From NCBI GenBank assembly GCA_018001635.1, contig JAGNHS010000006.1:2905-66904 (forward strand): a stretch of DNA of 64,000 nucleotides, written 5' to 3'. Below the pieces are notes generated by a model. It was not told where the DNA came from. It ran no database searches and was given only the letters and a program-made list of their open reading frames with translations. This DNA is from Pseudomonadota bacterium (lineage in GTDB: Bacteria; Bdellovibrionota; UBA2428). This document shows, in pieces, positions 10,043 through 19,988 of the stretch. Both the position numbers and the translations under genes were made by a program. Positions within the stretch are counted from its first letter, which is position 1; the number at the start of each line of letters is the position of its first letter.

Positions 10043-12979
10043 TCAATTTAGAGGTAGAACTAAAACGACCCAGTCTTTATCGAGGTCATTGGGTGGATTG
10101 CCCAGGTCTTTACGGGCTCCCTTAGTTTTAATTTCTCGAATGCTACCATTTTCGAAATTTCCACCACTTCGAGGATTAAACCAGAGCACTCTATATTTTC
10201 CTTCGTAGAGTTCTAGGGTGATTTTCTTAACTTTTGAGTCTTTGTAAACTACATGTTCATTGTTTGGAGTAGTTGCAATTCTAATGGGGGGATCATTTCT
10301 CTCATTTGTTGTAATTCGTAAATCCCAAAATGGGATTTTAAATTTCACAAAAAAATCATGGGCGATCTTAACTTGTTTCCAGAGCTTTTCACGTGTTCGG
10401 AAATCTTCAAGAGATAAAGATCCATCACTACCATTTGTGATTAATTCAAAGCCAGCTCCACCGGCAATGAGAGTCGGCCAAATGAATTCCTCTCTTTCAA
10501 CGTTATGGTCGGGATCAAGGCTGTCGGCAAAACCTGTACGAACAGCAGTCCCAGGTTCGTCGAGTGTTACTACCCATGGATGCTGATTTTTATTGGACCA
10601 ATATATCCATTTATAAACACTGTCAGAGCTTGAAACAGAAATTTGTTGGTTGCGATAACCTACATCGAATTCTTCAACGTTGTTTTGAAGGGAAGCTCCG
10701 TCAATGTTTTTATCTCCGAGTAAGCCAGAGTAAATTTTGTTTTTTTGCTTAGGTCCTGTGTGCACCACAATTGGGTGTTTGTAGGGATCTAAATTTTTAA
10801 TATAAGCAGCGAATTCCTTCAGGCGATCTGTTTTGTGATTAGTTTCTTCTCCTAAATTCCAAAAGAGTGCTGGATGATGAGCGAATCTTGCGATGAGTTC
10901 TCGATAATAAAGTTTTCTTTCGAGTGCTAATTTACCTGAATCAAGAACTTGGTCGACTTCACTTTCTTCAAGAACAAGATGTTGGGCGACTCCCATTTTA
11001 TCCATATGATTAAAAACTAGGTTCCATTGGGAGAGTTTACTTACGTCAAATCGAGTTTTTTCATCGGGGTTTATCCAAGGGAAAACGTCGTTGCCGTCGC
11101 CCCCATCAGAGTTATAAGTGAGAAAGTATTGAGTGTTTATTCCTTGGGAAGAAAGATAATTGATAGCGCCTATAATTCCTTTTCCTTTGCCATCGTCCCA
11201 CGTGGGGTCGCTTTCTTTCCAATCTTGAATATGGGCAGAGTAGAGGTGAGTTCTGTCTCCAGAGTTTTTCAAGTTTGGAACATGATAGGTGTTGTCGAAT
11301 TCTTTATAGGCTAAAAAATTTTCAGGATCGCTCGTGCCTGCTTTTAGAAAATATTTACCATTTGAGAATTTAAAAGCATTTTTTCCTACATATTTCAGAA
11401 ATCCATAATTACTAAAATCTAAGCTGCTATCGGTTTGTTGAGGAGTGACTAAAAATTCTCCTTTGTAGCCATGAAAGGCGAGAGTCTGAGATGGATCTTT
11501 GCTGAGTGCTTGGTCGAATTCATGAGTCAGAGCAATATTGTTTCCATATCGGAAAGTGACTGTAAAAGAACAGTTTCCTTGTATCTCTGGGCGATAATAG
11601 GCACGCCAAATTCGCCCACTGCTGGAATGAGAATTTTCACTATATCCATCGGCCGCATAAAATCCAGGGATGAGTAAATTTTGACCGCTGCAATTCATGT
11701 AGACATCCATACGATAATTGCTAAAGGGATTGTCTTCGGATTTTTCATCTAGATTGGGTCCCTGACAATCCACTTGCCAAGTTTGCCATTTCTTAACAAC
11801 TTTGGCGGCTCTGCAAAGTTTTTGTCTTTCCTCTAAATAAACTTTTGGAAATACTTTTTTAGTTTTAACTAATGTTTTTATGGGCATTGAGTGATTGAGT
11901 TTTTCAAAAAATCTATTGAGAGCTTTAGAGGCAGGAGCTTCAGTGACCTGATTTATTCTGGCGATAACCATTTTCCATTCAGGAATCACAATACAGAGAT
12001 TGTTGTTGCTTCCCATGGCCGCAAACGTTTTGGCTGGAGCTTTGTCCCATAGGGGTTTTTCTAAGCCATTAACCCACCATAGATATCCGTAGTGGCCCGG
12101 CCCGCTATCCCAATCACCCTTTTCGCTCTGTAGATGCGGTGATATCTGATTCTTTGTAGCCGCTTCAATCCAAGTTTTTGAGAGAATTTGTTGGCCTTTC
12201 CAAACTCCTTTATTTAAATAAAGGTGGCCCAGTCGAGCCAAATCCAAGGCACTGATTTCAAGCCCACGATTATTTCCAGAGGCAGAAGAAACCGGAAAAT
12301 TAAAGCCATAGTTGTCGTCTGGGGTCCAGGCGGTTTCCCAGTTAAAATTTTGCATCTCTAGGGGGCGAGCTATGCGATCTATAAAAATTTCTGCAAAGTT
12401 TTTTTGTGCGGCTGCAGAGAGTGCAAAACCCAGTATGTTGACCGAGTCGTCAGAATAAGACCATTGCTCAGCGGGAGAAAACTTTTTTTCAATGGAAAGC
12501 CAAGGGGTTTTAGATCCATCGCCACCTTCATCGACTCTATAACGACTGCCTTCAGCAAGGTATCCGGATTGCATAGTGAGTAAGTGTTCTAGAGTGACTT
12601 CGGGATAATTTTTATTCATCCAAGGCAAAAGCTCTGAAGCCTTTTGATCGATATTTATTTTTTTATCGTCGATGAGAATTCCTGCAACAGTTGAGGTGAA
12701 AGTTTTTGTGGCCGACCAAATTCGGTGTGATTGAGCCGCTTGAGATCCTTGGTAAATCAGGCGCCCATCGACAGCTATAACGGCTTCATCCATGGGAAAG
12801 GATCTTGATAATTCTGAAAGTGCATCTTTAAAAAGAATGGGGCTAATTCCAAATTTTTCCGGTGATTCTGTTATCCAATTTTTTTCTGGATAAACAACAC
12901 TGTTTTCATTGGAGAGACTCTTAGATGAATTAACTAGAAAAATAAAAAATAAGCTTATTTGATATTTTTTCAAATTCAT
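10043..12979 (-). CDS. Secreted two-module protein. The N-terminal module is a serine hydrolase of the beta-lactamase family. The C-terminal module is a putative glycoside-hydrolase-like TIM-barrel (DUF5060/DUF4038-like).
   Basis: Signal peptide. SxxK active-site motif (SATKTFTSTV) within a beta-lactamase-like N-terminal region of about 350 aa. The C-terminal region of about 600 aa has WNLGEE and a GH-like pattern. Assignment of the C-terminal domain rests on recollection only. Confidence 0.5.
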   Translation of the reverse strand: MNLKKYQISLFFIFLVNSSKSLSNENSVVYPEKNWITESPEKFGISPILFKDALSELSRSFPMDEAVIAVDGRLIYQGSQAAQSHRIWSATKTFTSTVAGILIDDKKINIDQKASELLPWMNKNYPEVTLEHLLTMQSGYLAEGSRYRVDEGGDGSKTPWLSIEKKFSPAEQWSYSDDSVNILGFALSAAAQKNFAEIFIDRIARPLEMQNFNWETAWTPDDNYGFNFPVSSASGNNRGLEISALDLARLGHLYLNKGVWKGQQILSKTWIEAATKNQISPHLQSEKGDWDSGPGHYGYLWWVNGLEKPLWDKAPAKTFAAMGSNNNLCIVIPEWKMVIARINQVTEAPASKALNRFFEKLNHSMPIKTLVKTKKVFPKVYLEERQKLCRAAKVVKKWQTWQVDCQGPNLDEKSEDNPFSNYRMDVYMNCSGQNLLIPGFYAADGYSENSHSSSGRIWRAYYRPEIQGNCSFTVTFRYGNNIALTHEFDQALSKDPSQTLAFHGYKGEFLVTPQQTDSSLDFSNYGFLKYVGKNAFKFSNGKYFLKAGTSDPENFLAYKEFDNTYHVPNLKNSGDRTHLYSAHIQDWKESDPTWDDGKGKGIIGAINYLSSQGINTQYFLTYNSDGGDGNDVFPWINPDEKTRFDVSKLSQWNLVFNHMDKMGVAQHLVLEESEVDQVLDSGKLALERKLYYRELIARFAHHPALFWNLGEETNHKTDRLKEFAAYIKNLDPYKHPIVVHTGPKQKNKIYSGLLGDKNIDGASLQNNVEEFDVGYRNQQISVSSSDSVYKWIYWSNKNQHPWVVTLDEPGTAVRTGFADSLDPDHNVEREEFIWPTLIAGGAGFELITNGSDGSLSLEDFRTREKLWKQVKIAHDFFVKFKIPFWDLRITTNERNDPPIRIATTPNNEHVVYKDSKVKKITLELYEGKYRVLWFNPRSGGNFENGSIREIKTKGARKDLGNPPNDLDKDWVVLVLPLN

Positions 12980-13064
12980 TTCGGGGCGTTTATAGCACGC
13001 CGTGGCAACTTTGTTTAAAATTTTTCAAGGCTAAAGTGATGATATTCAGAATTTTTGTGGAAGT

Positions 13065-14105
13065 TTATGATTTTACATAACTATTAAGCCATAAAGTTTT
13101 GTCTATATTGGGCTGATTGGCCATGAGCATGACTAATCTATCCACTCCAACGGCAATGCCTCCGGAGGGAGGCATACCTTCTTCCAGGGCTGCTAAAAAT
13201 TCTTCATCGATGGGATTTTTAGGAAAGGATTTTCCGTAAACTTGCTCACGCAAATTCATGTCCTCTTCAAAGCGTTTTCTTTGCTCAATTGGGTCGCAGA
13301 GTTCTTCAAAAGCATTTCCAAGTTCAAGCCCGCCGGCATAGGGCTCAAAGCGTTTTGCCCAGAAGCTTCCATCGGAGTTTTGCTCAAGCACACTTAAGGC
13401 CGCTTGAGAGGGAGGATAATGGTAAACAATAACTCCGCGATCATGGGGCAATTTGTTTTCAATAAAATTGAGCCAAATTTTAAAGTAAAGGTCGTCCCAT
13501 GTGTCAGCAGCATCAACATTGAGACCTAGTTTTTTGGCTTCTTCAGCCATGGACTCTTGGGTGCTTGCTTTTTTAATGTCGATTTGGGTGAATTCTAAAA
13601 ATAGATCGTAAACTTTTAAGCGTGTCCATGGGGCTTTGAGCTCAATGGGTTTTCCACAATATCTAATTTGGCTTGAGCCAGTAATTTGAATGGCTAGAAA
13701 TTCCATGAGTTCCTCGAAATCCTTCATGATGTCTTCATAGGAGGCATGGGCGCGATACCATTCAAGGAGTGTGAATTCAGGATGATGTTGAGGAGATTTT
13801 GGCTCGACTCTATAGGCGGGGCAAATCTGAAAAATTTTTTCTAAACCGCCTACCAAAAGCTTTTTCATGGAAAATTCTGGAGACGTGGCTAGATACTCTC
13901 CCGTGTTCAGTTGATAGGGGCGAATGTGGGTTTCCATTCCCGGTGAAACTACGATTGTGGGAGTGCGTACGTGTATAAATTCACGCATTTCAAAAAACTC
14001 ATGTATTCCCTTTTCAACCCTGCGACGAATTTTAGTGGCATGTTGGCGTTCGGGGTCTTGCACATGTTTTGACCAATAAGTGCTTTTGGGGGGCTTTTGA
14101 TTCAC
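13065..14105 (-). CDS. epmA: Elongation factor P (R)-beta-lysine ligase (EpmA/GenX, truncated LysRS-like class II aaRS paralog)
   Basis: Class II motif 2 (YRVEPKSPQHHPEFTLLEWY) and motif 3 (GGIAVGVDRLVMLM). At 346 aa it lacks an anticodon-binding domain. Confidence 0.65.
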   Translation of the reverse strand: MNQKPPKSTYWSKHVQDPERQHATKIRRRVEKGIHEFFEMREFIHVRTPTIVVSPGMETHIRPYQLNTGEYLATSPEFSMKKLLVGGLEKIFQICPAYRVEPKSPQHHPEFTLLEWYRAHASYEDIMKDFEELMEFLAIQITGSSQIRYCGKPIELKAPWTRLKVYDLFLEFTQIDIKKASTQESMAEEAKKLGLNVDAADTWDDLYFKIWLNFIENKLPHDRGVIVYHYPPSQAALSVLEQNSDGSFWAKRFEPYAGGLELGNAFEELCDPIEQRKRFEEDMNLREQVYGKSFPKNPIDEEFLAALEEGMPPSGGIAVGVDRLVMLMANQPNIDKTLWLNSYVKS

Positions 14106-14141
14106 AATTAGGACTTATAAGAGGCTTTAGCTTTATTCAAT

Positions 14142-15353
14142 GTGCTTTGTATCGTATTAAGGTTGGTCATGTATCCATCCCAAAAAAAACATCTTTTAGA
14201 TCTTTGGGTGGAGTATTGGACTCAGTCGGCCTATCAAAAATTTGATTTGTTTTTAGCTCGAGCTTTTAAAAAGCGACCCTTTATGGGGAAGCGCGATAGG
14301 GCTTGGTATTCTGAACAATTATTTACAGCTTTGCGTTTTGGTCTTTTAGCCATGGATTTAAAAACCAGTGATGAAATTTTTAAAGATGCCTCAATGTTGG
14401 CCTCTAAAGTTGCAAAAGTTGATGAAAATTTTTTTGATAAGGTCGAAGAAATTTCAAAAAATTCTCAAAATCACAGTGACTCTTCTTTTGAGAGTTTTTC
14501 TTGGCATCCTGATTGGATTCCTTTTTTTGAAAAATCTGGCTTGGATTTTAATAGACTTTCAAATTTAAACACTCGGGCTCCACTTTGGTTGAGAGCTAAA
14601 AGTCTTGCTGATTTAGAAAATATTAAAAAAGATCTTTCGCAAAGAAACATCGAATTTATAGTGGATGGATTGGCGTTGAAGGTGAGTGGAAACCCAAAAC
14701 TCCATGAGTGGACGAGTTTTAAGATGGGATCCTTCGAAATTCAAGATTGGGCCAGTCAGCAGATTTCATTGCTGGCACCCTTAAAAAAGGATGCTCTGGT
14801 GTGGGATGCTTGTGCTGGGGGTGGGGGTAAAACTTTGCAATTATCCGCGATTTTAGAAAACACTGGCGCAGTGATTGCTTCTGATGTGAGAGCCTTTAAA
14901 TTTGATGAAATTAAAGCAAGGGCCCTTAAAGCTCGAGCTCAAAACATAAGTTGTGTGGCTTGGGATGGCCGGCCTCAAATGCCGAATTTTCCTCAAGCTG
15001 TTTCTGATCATGGTGGATTTGATTTAGTGCTAGTGGATGCTCCTTGTTCGTCTTCCGGAACGGTGAGAAGAAACCCAGAGATTAAATGGCAAAGTCCTCA
15101 TTTGAAGTTGAGGACTCTTTCACAAACTCAGCTTCACATTTTAGAGGCTGTAGAAAAATCTGTAAAAACAGGTGGTCATTTATTGTATGGCACCTGTAGC
15201 TTTTTAAATGATGAAAACGAAGAGATCGCAAAGAAGTTTGCTGAAAAAATGGGAGCTCGTTGGAAGTTTTTAGAATTTAAGAAGCTCGGTTACTCGAAAG
15301 ATAATGATTCTGATTTGATGTTTGCAGCAATTTTTCAAAAGCTGACAAAATAG
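14142..15353 (+). CDS. RsmB/RsmF (Sun/NOP2) family rRNA cytosine-C5 methyltransferase
   Basis: SAM-binding motif DACAGGGGKT and catalytic LVDAPCSSSGTVRRNPE. Confidence 0.75.
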   Translation: MLCIVLRLVMYPSQKKHLLDLWVEYWTQSAYQKFDLFLARAFKKRPFMGKRDRAWYSEQLFTALRFGLLAMDLKTSDEIFKDASMLASKVAKVDENFFDKVEEISKNSQNHSDSSFESFSWHPDWIPFFEKSGLDFNRLSNLNTRAPLWLRAKSLADLENIKKDLSQRNIEFIVDGLALKVSGNPKLHEWTSFKMGSFEIQDWASQQISLLAPLKKDALVWDACAGGGGKTLQLSAILENTGAVIASDVRAFKFDEIKARALKARAQNISCVAWDGRPQMPNFPQAVSDHGGFDLVLVDAPCSSSGTVRRNPEIKWQSPHLKLRTLSQTQLHILEAVEKSVKTGGHLLYGTCSFLNDENEEIAKKFAEKMGARWKFLEFKKLGYSKDNDSDLMFAAIFQKLTK

Positions 15354-15463
15354 ATGTTTTGTTGTCTGAATCTGAATTTAAGTGGAGCAAACTTTTGGAA
15401 TATTTAAAATTCTGAGTTTTGTGCTTTGGTCTAATTTATTATTCAAATCTGCTAACCCCTTAA

Positions 15464-16048
15464 CTATGAAAACCCTGTGGAGCTAAGTTTTGTATTGTTT
15501 TCAATAAATTTAATTCTTTCATAAATTTCTCTAGCAGAAACTCTAGAGATTTTTAGATTAACTTCAATTCTATTAAGTTTTAAGTAATCAACGGCATTTT
15601 TAAAGTGACGTCCCCAGGAAATGATTCGACTCCAGGGCCGGGCGTCCCAGAATCTACGTTTTGAATCTTTCAATACAGCCGAATTTCTGTGAGCTCCTAG
15701 AACTTTTCGAGCTATTAGTGAAGATATAATTCTCAAAAACTTTCTAAATTCTCTGCGATTATGGGCTCGAAGGACCAAATGTATATGATTTCCAGCGTTC
15801 GCAATTTGGTAAATATTTACAAAAAAGCGATTGGCTTGCTTTCGTATTTCAGAATCAATTATTTTGCTTTTTAAAAGAAGTGAATACTTCCCTTTAGCTA
15901 AAGTAGATCTCAACACTACATGTTGTGCGTATTTTGAATGAAAAGGTCGTGCCACTTTGGCGTTGTTGCCGTTAAGTAGAGAGCCTCCAAATCCGTCTTT
16001 AGTCCATTTTTGTTCTTCTTTAATTAAAAAAAGCTTACGGTTTCTCAA
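15464..16048 (-). CDS. IS200/IS605-family Y1 (HUH) transposase, REP-associated tyrosine transposase (RAYT)-like
   Basis: HuH motif (GNHIHLVLRA) preceded by YAQHVVLRST, with a C-terminal Tyr-containing segment (AVDYLKLNRIE). 194 aa. No second IS605 orfB nearby. Confidence 0.5.
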   Translation of the reverse strand: MRNRKLFLIKEEQKWTKDGFGGSLLNGNNAKVARPFHSKYAQHVVLRSTLAKGKYSLLLKSKIIDSEIRKQANRFFVNIYQIANAGNHIHLVLRAHNRREFRKFLRIISSLIARKVLGAHRNSAVLKDSKRRFWDARPWSRIISWGRHFKNAVDYLKLNRIEVNLKISRVSAREIYERIKFIENNTKLSSTGFS

Positions 16049-16355
16049 TACGTTTAGTAATAATGTAGCTAATTAAATGTGTCAAATAGAAATTAAAAAT
16101 AGCTAAGGGATTTTTTGGAAGATTGAAAAGAATCGCATGCAAATAGACCCAGAAGTTCTGAGCTGAAAGATGAGCCTAGGGCACATCTATGTAATAAATG
16201 GATCTATCTTTTAGGTTCGGGTATTAGTTTTTAGTATAATCTTCATACAATATTCACATTCAAATGCCCTTATAAGAAATTTAGACAGTTTTTTAACCAT
16301 AATTTAACTTGGTCTTATTGGGCTCTGAACCGATAATAGTAAGTCGGGGGCGTGA

Positions 16356-18068
16356 ATGGGTTATACTTTTAATCTGCGTAAAATTCATGTCTCTTTAATG
16401 GGTGTCTTTTTAGCTTTGTCGACTCAAGCTGAAGTCTGTAAAAATCTGAAAATCACTCCTTCTATTATATCTACATTTAATAAATATAATAGAGCCACAA
16501 AAGACTATGAAAATCTTGGTCCTGAGGCTTTTGTAAATTCCATGGCTCTAACAAAGCTCGATTCAAAATTTATGATTTCCTTATTGAAGGGACTTCCTCC
16601 TCTTCCGAAACTTTCATGGGATCAAAAAGAGTTTTGGGTATTGCGCCTTAGAGATAAAAACAAAACAGCAGTTCTAGATTTTTGTAAAATTGATGATAAC
16701 GAAGTGAGTGTGAATGGGTATAAATTCAAAATATCCGAGAAAATGAGTGTAGAAGAATTGGCTCAGTTTTTAGAACCACTTTTTCCGAAACAAAACAATA
16801 TTGGGTTTCTTTTGTGGATACAAAATCAGATTATACCCTCTGCCGAAGCCGTAACAGTAATGGGCGGAGCCATGATTGGTGCCTTGGCGGGTCTTGCAGG
16901 TATGCTTCTTATGAATGTATTTAACGGAAATTCGTCTAGTAAAACGCAATCTCAACCCGCACCTCACATTACGGTGTCTGATGTGGGTTCAGGAGGCTCT
17001 CTACCTGGGCATACTGGCGCTGGAGCTTCTCCTGCTGGTGGAGCTCCTGCTGGGAGCGCGCCTGGAGAGGCTCCCCCAGATGCTCAAAATCCTGCTGGCG
17101 CAAATTCTGGGGGTGCACAACCTAATGGAGGAGCTGCCGGCTCAGGTGCGGGCGGAGCAAAACCCAATGCCACGCCAAACGCTCCATCAGCTAATAATGG
17201 CGAAACAAAGTGTAGCGATAAAACGACACCTATAGCAGGAGATAGAAAAGCAGAGCTCAGTAAACTTTCAGACGATCAAATCAAAAATTTTCAATGTTTT
17301 TCAAAATATCATGAATTTGGAAATTCAAAACTTCAAGTAGCCCAATGGAATGATGGTGAAGATTGGCTATCTCTAGGGGTGGGTCATTATATTTGGTATC
17401 CTAAGGAGGGAGAAAAAAAATATACTGAGAGCTTCCCGGATCTCATTAAATTTGCATGCAGTAATGGTTACACAGGCAGTCTACCCAAAGAGATTGGATA
17501 TACGGGAGGCAATCCAGTTTTAGGAGTCTGTCCTTGGAATAGCAAAAAGGAATTCGAAGATCCTAAAACTAAAAATTCAGATGAGTTAAAAAATATTCAG
17601 AACTTTTTATTAGGCCAAGATATGCAAAAGCAACAAGCGCTTTTTCAATACAACCGACTTTTAGATTTTATGGATAAGTGGAAACCAGCTAATAAAGTTG
17701 AAGAACATGCAAAAGAGTTTGCAGGTAGACTCATGCAAGATCCCAAAGGACTTTTGCAAATGATCGACTATGTGAATTTTAAAGGAGAGGGAACAGCTCC
17801 TGGTGAATACTATAAAAACAACAAGGGTGAAGTAGATCGGTGGGGTTTGAAACAGGTTTTAGAAACAGCAGTTAATGAAGGTCAGGGATTAACTTTTATT
17901 GAAGCCGCGAAAAGTACATTAAATAGAAAAATTAATACTGATCCCAAGATTTGTGAAAAACATACTAATCCTGAAGAATGTAAAAAAGACCTTAAAGCTG
18001 GTTGGGAAAAGAGAATCAACGACTATTCCAATATTGCTACGGCTCAATCGAAGTACAATTGTAAATAA
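16356..18068 (+). CDS. hypothetical secreted protein with a Gly/Ala/Pro-rich low-complexity linker and a Cys-containing C-terminal domain
   Basis: Signal peptide. A roughly 100-aa G/A/P/N-rich tract (GAGASPAGGAPAGSAPGEAPPDAQNPAGANSGG...). Its stop overlaps the next start by 1 nt (TAATG). Confidence 0.5.
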   Translation: MGYTFNLRKIHVSLMGVFLALSTQAEVCKNLKITPSIISTFNKYNRATKDYENLGPEAFVNSMALTKLDSKFMISLLKGLPPLPKLSWDQKEFWVLRLRDKNKTAVLDFCKIDDNEVSVNGYKFKISEKMSVEELAQFLEPLFPKQNNIGFLLWIQNQIIPSAEAVTVMGGAMIGALAGLAGMLLMNVFNGNSSSKTQSQPAPHITVSDVGSGGSLPGHTGAGASPAGGAPAGSAPGEAPPDAQNPAGANSGGAQPNGGAAGSGAGGAKPNATPNAPSANNGETKCSDKTTPIAGDRKAELSKLSDDQIKNFQCFSKYHEFGNSKLQVAQWNDGEDWLSLGVGHYIWYPKEGEKKYTESFPDLIKFACSNGYTGSLPKEIGYTGGNPVLGVCPWNSKKEFEDPKTKNSDELKNIQNFLLGQDMQKQQALFQYNRLLDFMDKWKPANKVEEHAKEFAGRLMQDPKGLLQMIDYVNFKGEGTAPGEYYKNNKGEVDRWGLKQVLETAVNEGQGLTFIEAAKSTLNRKINTDPKICEKHTNPEECKKDLKAGWEKRINDYSNIATAQSKYNCK

Positions 18069-19174
18069 TGAAAAGTTTATTTGTAAAATTTTTTCTATCT
18101 CTAAGAAATCTTTCTCTTCTCAATCTTATAATTGTTAGCCGTGTTTTTGCTTTCCAAGATGCCAGCGAAGAAGCCGTGCGAGCTTGGTATGTGCAAGGTA
18201 ATCCTTTTTATCCAACAGAAAGCATCAACATTCCTTCAACTGTGAATACGGGGCATCCTGAAGGGCTCGCTGTTTTTAATAATGATTATTATTTAAGTCT
18301 CATGGATGAAGATAAAACTTCTTCAAAAATTGAATGCAAACAATCTCGAATTCTTCATTTTAAAAAATTTGATTCGTCTTTAGTTTTAAAAGACGAAAAA
18401 ATTATTAGCACCAATGAACGTAATGAGTGCCATTTGGGTGGGCTTGTGTGGGGTGCTAACTATAATGAACTTTGGACAGCGTTGGCGCAATTTAAAGCCT
18501 CATCTTCGAGCACTATGCTCGCGATAAATCCTAACGATTTAAGTATTAAAAAAGAATTAAAAATAATGGATCATATCGGCTCCCAGATTTACACTCGTGA
18601 TGCTCTTTACGCTTTTAGTTGGGATTCTAGGAAGCTTTATAAAGCGGATCTCTGTGAGCATGATTTATCTAAGTGTAAGGTGTCGAAAATTTCAGAATCC
18701 AAGGCTCGCTCCAGTGCCTATCAAGATTGCAAAACATTAATCAGTGATGGGCGACCCATCACCGCATTTTGTAGTGGCTTAGACTTTGAGCCCTGGTCTT
18801 GGAACGTGATTGGCTTTTTGCGATGGGATTTATGGTGGAAAAATCAAAAGAGCTGGGAATGGCCTTTAAAATTAGAACGAACGGGCTATTTAGATTGGAT
18901 TGAAATCGACTCTAAGGGGACTCACTTATTAGGCCGCTTTAATTCGCCTAAGGTAGACGGAGTCTTTTTATCTCGCAACCCCATGGCAATATGGGAAGAG
19001 CGAAAAGATCATAAATTTAATTTAAATTTTGCTTTTGTTCCCGACGATCATCCTCGTTCTAAGCTTCTTATTTATGAAAGTGGATGGTTGGAATTTGCTC
19101 CTGTTAAAGAGAGTTCTGGCATGATTCTCCGTAATTTGTCGGGCGATGTCGATAAAATTAACAGCGATAATTAG
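18068..19174 (+). CDS. hypothetical secreted protein
   Basis: Signal peptide (MKSLFVKFFLSLRNLSLLNLIIVSRVFA). Translationally coupled to the upstream gene. Confidence 0.5.
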   Translation: MKSLFVKFFLSLRNLSLLNLIIVSRVFAFQDASEEAVRAWYVQGNPFYPTESINIPSTVNTGHPEGLAVFNNDYYLSLMDEDKTSSKIECKQSRILHFKKFDSSLVLKDEKIISTNERNECHLGGLVWGANYNELWTALAQFKASSSSTMLAINPNDLSIKKELKIMDHIGSQIYTRDALYAFSWDSRKLYKADLCEHDLSKCKVSKISESKARSSAYQDCKTLISDGRPITAFCSGLDFEPWSWNVIGFLRWDLWWKNQKSWEWPLKLERTGYLDWIEIDSKGTHLLGRFNSPKVDGVFLSRNPMAIWEERKDHKFNLNFAFVPDDHPRSKLLIYESGWLEFAPVKESSGMILRNLSGDVDKINSDN

Positions 19175-19490
19175 ACCGATAGCCTTTAAAACGCATTTAA
19201 ATGCTTATTAAGCCCCGGCACATAGCTTGCTTATGATTCAAGTGGATTTATATATTTGAAATTTTTTTGCCCTAATGGAGGATCGTTTATGGAGTTTTCT
19301 AAATATTTTAGTTTTGTAATTTCAAACACCCTTAATTTTCGAAAAAAGCCTGTAAAAAAAGATGAAAAGCCAAACTCTTCCTTGAGGTTTCATGAAGAAA
19401 GCAAAATCATGCGTAGACCTTCAATCACCGAACAGGTGGAAATATTTCGCCAAAATCTTATAAAAAAATCTACCGAAGACAAATCTTGAT

Positions 19491-19988
19491 TTATTGATTG
19501 AGTGAAATCAATTTGCCTTGAATGAGTTTGTAGTGAGCGGGGTCTTCTTCGTCGAAGGCCTCGAAGTTAATTTCTTTATTGTTAATTTTAATTTTTCGAG
19601 TTTCATCCAAAAGGGTTTTCTCGCCCTGAAATCTCAAGATTTTAAAAATATGATCATTTCCTACAGAAATCTCGCCTTTGTTTTCTGTGAATAAAAGCAC
19701 TCTTTCAATTTGGTTTTGAATGAGTGTTCCCGCAATTCCCGCGTCGTAATGTAACATGTAGACGCTCTCATCCGGACTAAATGTTTTATTTTCAATTTTT
19801 AAAAGTATGGGTTTTTCTGGACCAATAATTTGCAGGCTTCCTATTTCCTTGCCCTTCCATAACAATTTGCATGAGTTCGAAGAGCAGCTTTCGGCTAAAG
19901 TGAATTCATCAAGTTTTATTTCAGCTTGAGCAAGTGAAATAAAAAAGACTAAAAAAAGACTAATTAATATTAAATTAAAAAACTTCAT
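19491..19988 (-). CDS. hypothetical secreted protein
   Basis: Signal peptide. Its start overlaps the stop of the upstream gene (ATGA). Confidence 0.45.
   Translation of the reverse strand: MKFFNLILISLFLVFFISLAQAEIKLDEFTLAESCSSNSCKLLWKGKEIGSLQIIGPEKPILLKIENKTFSPDESVYMLHYDAGIAGTLIQNQIERVLLFTENKGEISVGNDHIFKILRFQGEKTLLDETRKIKINNKEINFEAFDEEDPAHYKLIQGKLISLNQ

Noticed and set aside
19256-19489. 77-aa ORF in the gap before the convergent gene 19491..19988
   Set aside because: It has no RBS-like context and no recognisable features. It could be a small protein but support is insufficient, so it is left unannotated.
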